A stretch of 32,000 bases of DNA from Flavobacteriaceae bacterium (GCA_965224465.1 OZ245049.1:4800001-4832000), one strand, 5' to 3'. Positions 9,301 to 17,153 are shown, numbered from the stretch's first letter. Notes: a model not told the origin generated them from the sequence alone. Made by a program: numbers and translations.

Positions 9301-9545
9301 GAGGTTCAGAATTTCTACTATTCAGCCAAGTTTGTGTTAATAAAGAAGCGAACGAATACTGGCCTAGCCAACGTGGTAAATCCCGCTATCATGGGTATAA
9401 GTTTAATGCCACGAATGATATAGGAGGTATGGGTAGAGCAGGTACAGCTAAGTTCCTAGCAGAAATATCGAATACAGTAATGAATGATTATTTAGGGGCT
9501 AATATACGTATTGGTACGCTAAAAGAAATTAAAAATTGGAAATAA
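6312..9545 (+). CDS. Large (1077 aa) putative membrane-targeting effector/toxin, VasX / BTH_I2691-like architecture (tentative)
   Basis: A long uninterrupted ORF coupled to the PAAR gene. N-terminal motifs GYIYLMNDDD, WVAYSATQWS and IIDDPIGIAEDVGG match, from memory, the N-terminal region of VasX-type T6SS effectors. A glycine-rich hydrophobic multi-helix block spans about nt 8379-8765. No recognisable catalytic motif was found. Confidence 0.6.
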   Translation: MTNQKNAFNDVIETLSFTVKGAGVESEEEAKIEIKKKGIYLHFLRLGLFDRNAKNQDELDVNYTTNIDENTTITPEQQRLIKFNNNLIESCLVKIDNTRVAKPVDKFINYQEKEISLDKVTVYTKEGLSGLKNFYFHPTNLSTGYIYLMNDDDPNDYCELHVDDFGKLNYVEWKFKRNIGKDAKELDVRAPSVTSIKSKRIHPPGKKLWVAYSATQWSREYHADLNSDREKRKKRMKLFDCVAIKKGGQKDKASTDKHLGGEEDYRIKPISYREVEAMYSVKNKSEAYAFQKTLHEIHADEKREDLKGTNDTFEDLFFIIDDPIGIAEDVGGLLDEAHDKHRATVESIQTGEDEKDIFERLQNKQEGKSEFINSGYGQQINALFCNALTLYKLVNCDEKIKDEYEKYLDYKKINTILAFSYREKQRERIMYFRQDFLRILKSDYYKIYFNDGLGGNDQDTFEVRSIIASHMSLLIEHPQHKDRFIDVIEKYKGNNDKDVDSFIESSVNSNDTIRKLLTKEFNIDDFKLSYIAFKNGFTLSAMIVKSMKDGFAAYTKHAVRVKDFRIVDESVKAFKSKSGWNIKIKTKSANSHLGKLNFGLHVKSIKETPNISFDGKGKTIIIKTSERIAKQAALNKSIIIPGIGLGTKTSRVLQNLLENLNFRKFIAGMELVITLIKVNSYAEKDSNKNLVSLAGAGADLTSAVLAYQEASMQLENATTRSLRYIGKMGRVAGLFGSGISVAMCVRDSIDSYQLRDMDASITWGFTAVVGGVLLADGIVACAAWWAAGTAVGFLTFGWGLVFLVLFVGLTMLAMYLTDKALERFLKNNILSNDNPFNSTETMPYKYVQALYNNSDTLVDSEVARWRDFVVASDDLYDLLISYRVDFQYLEMVDYKENENEKESMMDYIRSVNQIGAGMKSITYKKIVITIILQKFIHNVSEFNYALVLFPKGLKNKEPDNAAIFLNNTAVRLIEYKKLDGLQIEFSINSNLRKIMTRGSEFLLFSQVCVNKEANEYWPSQRGKSRYHGYKFNATNDIGGMGRAGTAKFLAEISNTVMNDYLGANIRIGTLKEIKNWK

Positions 9546-9555
9546 ATACATACGT

Positions 9556-10254
9556 ATGGATACATTAGCAAAACGCATAACAGCTTTTCCTGAGAAAAAT
9601 AAAATAGATGCTGTTGGAATTGATACAGGTGAGTTCGCAATAAAAGCAGATGATGTTGAATATATTGAAGATAGGACTTATTGTGCTAAAGGTAAAGGTT
9701 GGAATTATCAATGGATGTGGCCAGGTATGGGTATGGTTTTTTTTGTTTTATTTCTATTCTCAAATAAAAGTTTAGGAGCTATACTTTTTTGTAGTGTTTT
9801 TTTGGCGTTTTTTGGATATATGTATCTCTACCATTATATAGCTCCCACAAAACATTTTATTGCTCACAGACAAACGGGTAAGCTACAGCTGCCTATTTCT
9901 AAAAAGAAGCCACAAAAAATTGTGAATTTTGATGATGGAGATGGTATCATAAAAAGTTATTATGCAAACAATGTATATACGTCCTTGTTTTTTCAAACAA
10001 AAAAAGGCATAGAACCCAAAGCGGCAATGGGATTAGTAGATTGGAATAGAGAAGATTATTGGAATTTTCTGGTATGGTATATGGACAAAAACAGACCATT
10101 ACCTCCAGGGAAAGGATTTGATGCTTATCGTAAACAAGATTTTGAACGCAGAAAAGCAGCAGGTTTTCCTACACCTTTATATCCTAGTGATATTCCAACG
10201 CCAGAAACTACGCCTGAGCAGCAAGCGGAACGAAATCGTATTGGGGGCTGGTAA
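9556..10254 (+). CDS. Two-TM membrane protein, candidate cognate immunity protein
   Basis: 232 aa, starting 10 nt after the effector stop. Two adjacent hydrophobic helices (GMGMVFFVLFLFS and LGAILFCSVFLAFFGYMYLY, nt ~9718-9840) are followed by a soluble ~130 aa Trp/Pro-rich tail. The function is inferred only from position and topology. Confidence 0.5.
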   Translation: MDTLAKRITAFPEKNKIDAVGIDTGEFAIKADDVEYIEDRTYCAKGKGWNYQWMWPGMGMVFFVLFLFSNKSLGAILFCSVFLAFFGYMYLYHYIAPTKHFIAHRQTGKLQLPISKKKPQKIVNFDDGDGIIKSYYANNVYTSLFFQTKKGIEPKAAMGLVDWNREDYWNFLVWYMDKNRPLPPGKGFDAYRKQDFERRKAAGFPTPLYPSDIPTPETTPEQQAERNRIGGW

Positions 10255-10277
10255 AATCAAAAAAGGAACGTAGCTGT

Positions 10278-10343
10278 AACAACAATAACGCTAGAAGGCA
10301 AAATAAACTATTTACATCAGTTATTTGGATAGTATTTGGTATT
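10278..10343 (+). repeat. Partial copy (centre-right section plus right arm) of the intergenic repeat
   Basis: AACAACAATAACGCTAGAAGGCAAAATAAACTATTTACATCAGTTATTTGGATAGTATTTGGTAT aligns with the right ~65 nt of the full copies (GCTAGA subfamily). No left arm is present. Confidence 0.7.
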
Positions 10344-10462
10344 ACATGGATGTATCTGTTAGAGATATCTTGTTCAGAATATTTTTTTGATAAAAAAAGA
10401 CGGATGATGTTTTAAGTTATGCTTCTTTATCGTTCCTTTACATCCTTAAAAACCGAATTATT

Positions 10463-11155
10463 TTGAAAACAATAACCATAGCTATTGATGGCTTTTCATC
10501 CACAGGAAAAAGTACTGTTGCAAAACAATTAGCCAACAAGCTAAAGTATATTTATGTGGATACGGGAGCTATGTATAGAGCAATTACATTGTTTGCCTTG
10601 CAACATGATTTTATTGGAATTATAAAATTAGATAAAGCGGCTATTCTCGCTGCTTTACCAACCATTAATATTAGTTTTAAATACAACGAATCTGTTGGTT
10701 TTGCTGAGGTTTTTTTGAATGATAAGAATGTAGAAAAAGAAATTAGAACCTTGTATGTTTCTCAATTTGTAAGTATTATTTCTACCATTTCGGAAGTGCG
10801 TAAAAAGTTAGTCGCGCAGCAACAAGAGATGGGGAAAGAAGGAGGGATTGTTATGGACGGAAGAGATATAGGTACTGTTGTATTTCCGTCTGCAGAGCTC
10901 AAATTATTTATGACAGCATCTGCAGAAAAACGAGGGCGTAGACGTTATGACGAGTTGATAAAACGTGGAGACAAAGTACGGTTAGAGGAAATAGTAGAAA
11001 ACGTATTAAAACGGGATCATATAGATTCTACAAGAAAAGATTCTCCTTTAGTAAAAGCAGACGATGCTATTGAATTTGACAATTCAGACATGACCTTGGA
11101 AGAGCAGTTTGAGAAAATTTACACTTTGGTGGAACGTGTGCTAGGGGATGAGTAA
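10463..11155 (+). CDS. cmk: Cytidylate kinase
   Basis: 230 aa, TTG start. Motifs: ITIAIDGFSSTGKSTVAK P-loop, YVDTGAMYRA, MDGRDIGTVVFP. Confidence 0.9.
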   Translation: MKTITIAIDGFSSTGKSTVAKQLANKLKYIYVDTGAMYRAITLFALQHDFIGIIKLDKAAILAALPTINISFKYNESVGFAEVFLNDKNVEKEIRTLYVSQFVSIISTISEVRKKLVAQQQEMGKEGGIVMDGRDIGTVVFPSAELKLFMTASAEKRGRRRYDELIKRGDKVRLEEIVENVLKRDHIDSTRKDSPLVKADDAIEFDNSDMTLEEQFEKIYTLVERVLGDE

Positions 11156-11173
11156 TCGGTTTTGTATTATTTT

Positions 11174-11200
11174 TATGGAATAGCCCTCAGCTATTCCATA
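11174..11200. other. Hairpin between convergent cmk and queE (possible factor-dependent or weak terminator)
   Basis: 11 bp perfect stem TATGGAATAGC / GCTATTCCATA with a 5 nt loop. No T-tract follows it on either strand. Confidence 0.3.
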
Positions 11201-11241
11201 GCCAAGAACTAACAACCATTCCACAACCTTGCGAAGGCTCT

Positions 11242-11874
11242 TTAAGGAATGTTTAAAAATTTATGAGTCTGTAAGGATATTTTCCACTGTGGATTTTTCA
11301 TCACATAGTCAACAATAAGAGGGGTCATTTTATCTTTTTTACTCCATTCTGGTTGTAGGTATAATTCACAATTATCGGATACTTTTGCGGCTTGTTCTTC
11401 AGCAAATTTAAAATCGTTCAAATTATAAATAATAGCCTTTAATTCATGCGCTTCTTTGAGTACATGATCTAGTGGTAATTTTGTTTTTTTAGGAGATAAG
11501 CAAATCCAATCCCAAGTTCCAGATAGGGGATAAGCTCCCGAAGTTTCGATATGTGTTTTTAGACCTTTGGCTTGTAATGCATTTGTGATGTAATCTAAGT
11601 TCCACATAAGGGGTTCACCTCCAGTAATAACCACGGTTTGAGCGTGAGAAGCAGCATTTTCTACTACACTATCTACCATTGTAGTGGGGTGTAATTTAGC
11701 GTTCCAACTCTCTTTTACATCACACCAATGGCATCCAACATCACAGCCACCGATACGGATAAAATAGGCTGCTTTTCCTGTGTGATTACCTTCGCCTTGG
11801 ATGGTGTAAAATTCTTCCATTATTGGTAACATCAATCCTTCTGCCAACAATGATTCCTGTGATTTTTCTGTCAT
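11242..11874 (-). CDS. queE: 7-carboxy-7-deazaguanine synthase (radical SAM)
   Basis: Motifs FYTIQGEGNHTGKAAYFIRIGGCDVGCHWCD (QueE-type CxxxCxxC) and VVITGGEP. I prefer the second in-frame ATG (MTEKSQ..., 11874) over the listed 11889, but either is possible. Confidence 0.85.
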   Translation of the reverse strand: MTEKSQESLLAEGLMLPIMEEFYTIQGEGNHTGKAAYFIRIGGCDVGCHWCDVKESWNAKLHPTTMVDSVVENAASHAQTVVITGGEPLMWNLDYITNALQAKGLKTHIETSGAYPLSGTWDWICLSPKKTKLPLDHVLKEAHELKAIIYNLNDFKFAEEQAAKVSDNCELYLQPEWSKKDKMTPLIVDYVMKNPQWKISLQTHKFLNIP

Positions 11875-11896
11875 GCGGCAAAGATACATAAAGCGA

Positions 11897-12058
11897 ATAT
11901 CAATTACAATCCAAAATGACCAATATAATATAGTTTATTTTACGATCTAGCGTTGTTGAAAAACAGAATGATAGCTAAGGCAATTCTTCCATTTTTTGTC
12001 TAGTTAAAACAAAAAATAATTCCATTTCTAAACCGTCACTTGGGAATCTATTTGGTAT
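11897..12058 (-). repeat. Full-length copy of the intergenic TIR repeat (reverse orientation, GCTAGAT subfamily)
   Basis: The reverse complement reads ATACCAAATAGATTCCCAAGTGACGGTTTAGAAATGGAATTATTTTTTGTTTTAACTAG ... CAACAACGCTAGATCGTAAAAT ... GTCATTTTGGATTGTAATTGAT. It lies in the divergent queE / DUF853 intergenic region. Confidence 0.85.
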
Positions 12059-12137
12059 AACTGACATTTGGCAGGAATATTTGCGCAAACAATTTTAATA
12101 TGTGTGATTTAAGTGTATTTTTATAAAAATTTTTAGA

Positions 12138-13652
12138 ATGGGTAACAGAGAAGACTTTTTTAAACATATTACAGAGGGCTATCAAACCAAAGGTGAATTT
12201 ATTACGATGGGAGCTGCCATGTTGGATGGAGAAACGATCACCGATGCTTTTGTGAAAATCCCGTTAAAAACATTAAATCGTCATGGTTTAATAGCGGGAG
12301 CAACGGGAACAGGTAAAACAAAAACCTTACAGGTGATGGCAGAGAATTTGTCTGAAAAAGGAGTTCCTGTGTTGTTGATGGATATAAAGGGAGACCTGAG
12401 TGGTTTGGCACAGGCAAGTCCAGGACATGCTAAAATTGATGAGCGCCATGCAGCTATTGGATTGCCGTTTGAGGCGAAGAAATTCCCTGTAGAAATCTTG
12501 ACTATTTCTGATCAAGAAGGGGTACGCTTGCGTGCTACTGTTTCTGAATTTGGGCCTGTTTTATTAGCTCGTATATTGGATTTATCAGATACGCAAAGTG
12601 GTATTGTCTCTGTGTTATTTAAGTACTGTGATGATCGGAAGTTACCCTTGTTAGATTTAGCAGATTTTAAAAAAGTACTCCAGTTTTCTACCAACGAAGG
12701 GAAAGAAGAGATCCAAGGAGAATACGGTAGAATTTCAACAGCAAGTACAGGTTCTATATTGCGAAAAATTATTGAGTTGGAGCAGCAGGGTGGTGATTTG
12801 TTTTTTGGAGAGCGTTCTTTTGAAGTGGATGATTTGACTCGGATAGACGAAGCAGGAAGAGGTGTTATTTCAATTTTGAGATTGACTGATATTCAGGACA
12901 GGCCAAAGTTGTTTTCTACTTTTATGTTGCAATTATTAGCAGAAATATATGCTACTTTTCCAGAACAAGGAGATAGTGAACGCCCAGAACTAGTCATATT
13001 TATAGACGAGGCGCATCTTATTTTTAAAGAAGCATCCAAGGCATTGATGTCACAAATAGAGAGTATTGTAAAATTGATTCGTTCAAAAGGTATTGGTTTG
13101 TTTTTTGTGACGCAGAATCCAAAGGATATTCCAGAAGATGTATTGGCTCAGTTGGGGTTAAAAATCCAGCATGCACTCCGTGCGTTTACAGCAAAAGACA
13201 GAAAAGCTATTAAATTGGTGTCAGAGAATTATCCAGATTCGGAATATTATAAGACCTCAGAATTACTAACGGAACTAGGGACAGGAGAGGCTTTAATTTC
13301 TGTATTAAACGAGAAAGGACGTCCAACACCGTTAGCGGCTACGATGTTAAGAGCACCGATGAGTAGAATGGATATTCTTACAAAAAAAGAGTTGAAACAA
13401 TTATTGGACAATTCAAGATTGGTTGAGAAATATAATAAGGAGGTGGATAGAGAGAGTGCCTATGAATTATTAAACGAGAAAATTGCGGCGATACATAAAG
13501 AAGAGGAGGCTGAAGAAAAAAAGAAAGAGAGCTCCAAAAGGTCTCGTACTACCAGAAGAAGAAGCACAAGAATGAATCCTATTTTAAAGGTCGTGACCAG
13601 TGCATCATTTATAAGAGGAGTCCTCGGAATTTTAAAAAGAGTAATGCGTTAA
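12138..13652 (+). CDS. DUF853-family HerA/FtsK-like P-loop ATPase (YjgR-like)
   Basis: 504 aa. Walker A GATGTGKTKT, Walker B VIFIDEAHLIF, and a basic C-terminal tail (RSRTTRRRSTR). Confidence 0.8.
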   Translation: MGNREDFFKHITEGYQTKGEFITMGAAMLDGETITDAFVKIPLKTLNRHGLIAGATGTGKTKTLQVMAENLSEKGVPVLLMDIKGDLSGLAQASPGHAKIDERHAAIGLPFEAKKFPVEILTISDQEGVRLRATVSEFGPVLLARILDLSDTQSGIVSVLFKYCDDRKLPLLDLADFKKVLQFSTNEGKEEIQGEYGRISTASTGSILRKIIELEQQGGDLFFGERSFEVDDLTRIDEAGRGVISILRLTDIQDRPKLFSTFMLQLLAEIYATFPEQGDSERPELVIFIDEAHLIFKEASKALMSQIESIVKLIRSKGIGLFFVTQNPKDIPEDVLAQLGLKIQHALRAFTAKDRKAIKLVSENYPDSEYYKTSELLTELGTGEALISVLNEKGRPTPLAATMLRAPMSRMDILTKKELKQLLDNSRLVEKYNKEVDRESAYELLNEKIAAIHKEEEAEEKKKESSKRSRTTRRRSTRMNPILKVVTSASFIRGVLGILKRVMR

Positions 13653-13725
13653 AAAAAACAGTGTTTATGTGTAAATATTATTGCACTTTTGACGTTAAAT
13701 AATTGAAACATTAATAAAATAACTT

Positions 13726-14301
13726 ATGTTTATATTTAAAAAATTAACCCCATTTATTATCTTATCCTTATTGTTTGTACAATGTAATGGTGATAAGGCT
13801 TTTGAAATTGAAAAGGGACGTGTAGGGAATATCCTCAAAGGAACTACAGTTCAAGAGTTAGAAGTAATTTTTAAATCAGATTCCTTAGTCAAAATTTTAA
13901 GTGAAGGAGATTTAGGAGGTCAAACTAGTAAATATTTAGTGGAAGATGATCAGTATTTTGTGTATTCTAAAATCGATAAAAAGAAATTATTAGAAATAGA
14001 ACCTGTAAATCAACACGATTCTATTTCTACAATAAAGAGTGTTCAGATTTTTGACCCTCGTTTTAAAACAGCGAATGGAATTGGATTGCATTCTACGTTT
14101 CAGGAAATTAATACCCACTGTAAAATTAACAAAGTAGAAACAACATTTACTTCTGTAATTTTGTTTATTGATGCCTTGAATGCAACTATTTCTATTGATA
14201 AATCAGAATTAGGGATTAAAGATTTTACTCTTCAAAAAGTGACGATAGATCAAATTCCAGATTTGGCTAAAGTAAAATATTTCACCATTTGGTTTGATTG
14301 A
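13726..14301 (+). CDS. Hypothetical secreted protein or lipoprotein
   Basis: 191 aa. Signal peptide with a lipobox-like LLFVQC. No recognisable family. Confidence 0.6.
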   Translation: MFIFKKLTPFIILSLLFVQCNGDKAFEIEKGRVGNILKGTTVQELEVIFKSDSLVKILSEGDLGGQTSKYLVEDDQYFVYSKIDKKKLLEIEPVNQHDSISTIKSVQIFDPRFKTANGIGLHSTFQEINTHCKINKVETTFTSVILFIDALNATISIDKSELGIKDFTLQKVTIDQIPDLAKVKYFTIWFD

Positions 14302-14324
14302 TGTCAAGAAGTGTTATCATATAA

Positions 14325-14366
14325 AAAATCCCATTTTGAATTTCAAAATGGGATTTTTTTATTTTG
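14325..14366 (+). terminator. Rho-independent (potentially bidirectional) terminator
   Basis: AAAATCCCATTTTGAA / TTCAAAATGGGATTTT form a perfect inverted repeat. An A-run precedes it and TTTTTATTTTG follows. Confidence 0.8.
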
Positions 14367-14418
14367 TTTAAAGTGATATTACAATCGCCATGCTCCTAAG
14401 AATGATGGTGTACTTGTA

Positions 14419-14576
14419 ATACCAAATACATTTCTAAGTGACGGTTAGCGAATGCAATTTATTTTTTTAGTTAGGCGAAATATCTAAGGATAGCCTTAGA
14501 TATCGTTCTGTTTTTCAACATCGACAGCACGTAAAACAAACTATTTATATCGATTATTTCGGATTGAAATTGGTAT
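14419..14576 (+). repeat. Full-length copy of the intergenic TIR repeat (forward, GACAGCACG subfamily)
   Basis: ATACCAAATACATTTCTAAGTGACGG ... central perfect 10 bp hairpin ATATCTAAGG-ATAG-CCTTAGATAT (14480-14503) ... CGACAGCACGTAAAAC ... TTTCGGATTGAAATTGGTAT. Confidence 0.85.
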
Positions 14577-14624
14577 AAATTATTTACTTTTTGCGCATTT
14601 TAAATTGAGGATCTCTTTCTCTAC

Positions 14625-15500
14625 TTAATCTCGACGTTCACAAGCTAGCAATGTGTTTTTAAGGAGCATTGCAATGGTCATTGGTCCAACACCACCTGGA
14701 ACTGGGGTGATAAACGAAGATTTCTTACTTACACTCTCAAAGTGTACATCTCCCGCCAGTCGATAGCCTCTTTTTTTACTTGGATCATCTACGCGTGTGA
14801 TTCCTACATCAATAATGGTGACACCATCTTTTACCATGTCTCCTGTTAAAAATTCTGGAATCCCTAAAGCGGCAACGATAATATCTGCTTGCAAGCACAA
14901 TTCTTTTAAATTCTTGGTTCTGCTATGGGCAACGGTTACAGTTGCATTTCCTGCAGGGCGTTTTTGGCTCATTAAAATACTCATAGGGCGTCCTACAATA
15001 TGGCTACGTCCAATAACTACTACATGTTTTCCAGCTGTTTCTACCTTGTATCGTTCTAGTAGTTCTAAAATTCCAAAAGGAGTTGCAGGTAAAAAGCAAG
15101 GTAAATCCAAAGCCATTTTCCCTACATTTGTTGGATGAAATCCGTCAACATCTTTATCGGGATTTACGGCCATTAATACTTTTTGTTCGTCTATGTGTTT
15201 AGGTAATGGAAGTTGTACTATAAAACCATCAATATCAGGATTGTTGTTCAGCCCTTCAATTTTTTCTAACAAAGTAGCTTCAGATGTACTTGCAGGCATG
15301 TCTAATAAAGAGGAGTTGAAGCCAACATATTCACAGGCTTTTACTTTACTGTTTACATAGGTCATACTTGCGCCATCAGTTCCTACTAAAATAGCTGCTA
15401 AATGTGGTGTTTTTTTACCCGCGGTTCTTCGCAAGTCTACACGTGCTTTAATTTCTTCTTTTAAATCGTTCGAGGTTTTTTTGCCGTCAAGTAATGTCAT
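14625..15500 (-). CDS. folD: Bifunctional 5,10-methylenetetrahydrofolate dehydrogenase/cyclohydrolase
   Basis: 291 aa. Motifs: [48 protein letters not shown]. Confidence 0.95.
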   Translation of the reverse strand: MTLLDGKKTSNDLKEEIKARVDLRRTAGKKTPHLAAILVGTDGASMTYVNSKVKACEYVGFNSSLLDMPASTSEATLLEKIEGLNNNPDIDGFIVQLPLPKHIDEQKVLMAVNPDKDVDGFHPTNVGKMALDLPCFLPATPFGILELLERYKVETAGKHVVVIGRSHIVGRPMSILMSQKRPAGNATVTVAHSRTKNLKELCLQADIIVAALGIPEFLTGDMVKDGVTIIDVGITRVDDPSKKRGYRLAGDVHFESVSKKSSFITPVPGGVGPMTIAMLLKNTLLACERRD

Positions 15501-15519
15501 TTGTTAGTTTGTAAAGTTA

Positions 15520-16848
15520 CTATTTCATGTTTTTCATCATCTGCATCATCTTGCGGCCTCCTCCGCCTTGCATCATTTTCATCATTTTACTCATTTGATT
15601 GAATTGCTTCATCAATTGATTTACTTCTTGAACAGATGTTCCAGAACCTTTGGCTATACGTTTTTTACGAATTGCATTAATGGTAGTTGGAGTGCTGCGT
15701 TCATCAGGAGTCATAGAATGGATAATGGCTTCAATTCCTTTAAAGGCATCGTCGTCAATATCTACATCTTTCATGGCTTTTCCAGCACCGGGAATCATTC
15801 CAATCAAATCTTTCATGTTACCCATTTTTTTGATCTGTTGGATTTGCTGTAAGAAATCGTCAAAACCAAATTGGTTTTTGGCAATTTTCTTTTGAATTTT
15901 TCGGGCTTCTTCTTCATCGTATTGTTCTTGGGCACGTTCCACTAATGAAACAACATCTCCCATTCCCAAAATACGATCTGCCATACGATCTGGATGGAAT
16001 ACATCAATAGCTTCCATTTTTTCTCCAGTACCAATAAATTTGATAGGTTTGTTTACAACCGTTTTAATGGTCAATGCAGCACCACCGCGAGTATCCCCGT
16101 CAAGTTTTGTTAGCACAACACCGTCAAAGTTAAGGATATCATTAAAGGCTTTTGCAGTATTCACAGCATCTTGCCCTGTCATAGAATCTACTACAAATAA
16201 GGTTTCTTGTGGTTGTACAGCCTTGTGGATATTTGAAATTTCCGTCATCATTGCTTCGTCCACAGCCAAACGACCCGCGGTATCAATAATTACGGCATTA
16301 AATCCATTTGCTTTCGCATGTTTGATAGCATTTATAGAAATTTGAACAGGATTTTTATTATCCTCTTCAGCATATACTTCTACTCCTATCTGCTCTCCAA
16401 CAACACGTAGTTGCTTGATGGCGGCTGGACGATAGACATCACATCCTACTAATAATACGTTTTTAGATTTTTTTGTTTTTAAGTAATTGGCGAGTTTTCC
16501 AGAAAATGTAGTCTTACCAGACCCTTGTAATCCCGACATTAAGATGACGGTAGGGTTTCCTCCTAGGTTGATGCCAACAGTCTCCCCTCCCATTAAATCG
16601 GTCAGTTCGTCTTTTACCAATTTCACCATCAACTGTCCAGGGTTTAACGTGGTTAAAACGTTTTGTCCTAGTGCTTTGTCTTTTAATCTGCTGGTAAAAT
16701 CTTTTGCAATTTTAAAGTTAACATCGGCATCCAATAGCGCTCTACGCACTTCTTTCAATGTTTCAGCTACATTAACTTCTGTAATTTTTCCGTGCCCTTT
16801 TAATACATGTAAGGCTTTATCTAACTTATCACTTAAATTATTAAACAT
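15520..16848 (-). CDS. ffh: Signal recognition particle protein
   Basis: 442 aa. Motifs GLQGSGKTT, DTAGR and TKLDGD, plus a Met-rich C-terminal M domain. Confidence 0.95.
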   Translation of the reverse strand: MFNNLSDKLDKALHVLKGHGKITEVNVAETLKEVRRALLDADVNFKIAKDFTSRLKDKALGQNVLTTLNPGQLMVKLVKDELTDLMGGETVGINLGGNPTVILMSGLQGSGKTTFSGKLANYLKTKKSKNVLLVGCDVYRPAAIKQLRVVGEQIGVEVYAEEDNKNPVQISINAIKHAKANGFNAVIIDTAGRLAVDEAMMTEISNIHKAVQPQETLFVVDSMTGQDAVNTAKAFNDILNFDGVVLTKLDGDTRGGAALTIKTVVNKPIKFIGTGEKMEAIDVFHPDRMADRILGMGDVVSLVERAQEQYDEEEARKIQKKIAKNQFGFDDFLQQIQQIKKMGNMKDLIGMIPGAGKAMKDVDIDDDAFKGIEAIIHSMTPDERSTPTTINAIRKKRIAKGSGTSVQEVNQLMKQFNQMSKMMKMMQGGGGRKMMQMMKNMK

Positions 16849-17153
16849 AAAATCTCGCTTCGTTTTTATAGAACTGCAAAGATACTAAATTGCATCTAAA
16901 ATTGTGAGTTCATTTTTAGAAAAACATGCTTTATTTTTTGAATTTCAACTTGTTAAATAGATCGGATTGGTTTTTTGGAATAGAAAGGGGTTTCCAAGTA
17001 GAATTTTGAGTCGTTTTTCTATTATAAACAAGTTGTGCTATAGGATATGAATACTAAGATACGTGTCTGTTGTTCGCCTCTAGAACGGTATGTTTTTCTG
17101 TGCGTATGATTAGGTCCCCCTTTTCTGGTGATAAATTATCAATAATAGAAAAT

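Noticed and set aside
5581-10254. Reading the PAAR triad as an anti-phage defence system or an Rhs/polymorphic toxin locus
   Set aside because: There are no nuclease, ATPase, NTPase, TIR, SIR2 or RHS/YD-repeat motifs in any of the three proteins. PAAR plus a large TM-containing protein plus a small TM protein fits an injected membrane effector better. This is not fully excluded without searches.
10344-10462. Possible additional fragment of the repeat centre (TATCTGTTAGAGATATCTTGTTC) just after the partial copy at 10278-10343
   Set aside because: The similarity to the conserved CCTTAGATATCGTTCTG block is short and out of order relative to the element, so it could be chance in AT-rich DNA.
14797-15138. 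113 aa plus-strand ORF inside folD
   Set aside because: It is antisense to a full-length FolD with all conserved motifs, so it is a shadow ORF.
15568-16888. Several plus-strand ORFs (81-133 aa) inside ffh
   Set aside because: They are antisense to ffh, which has unmistakable SRP54 motifs. Their translations have no motifs and a biased composition.
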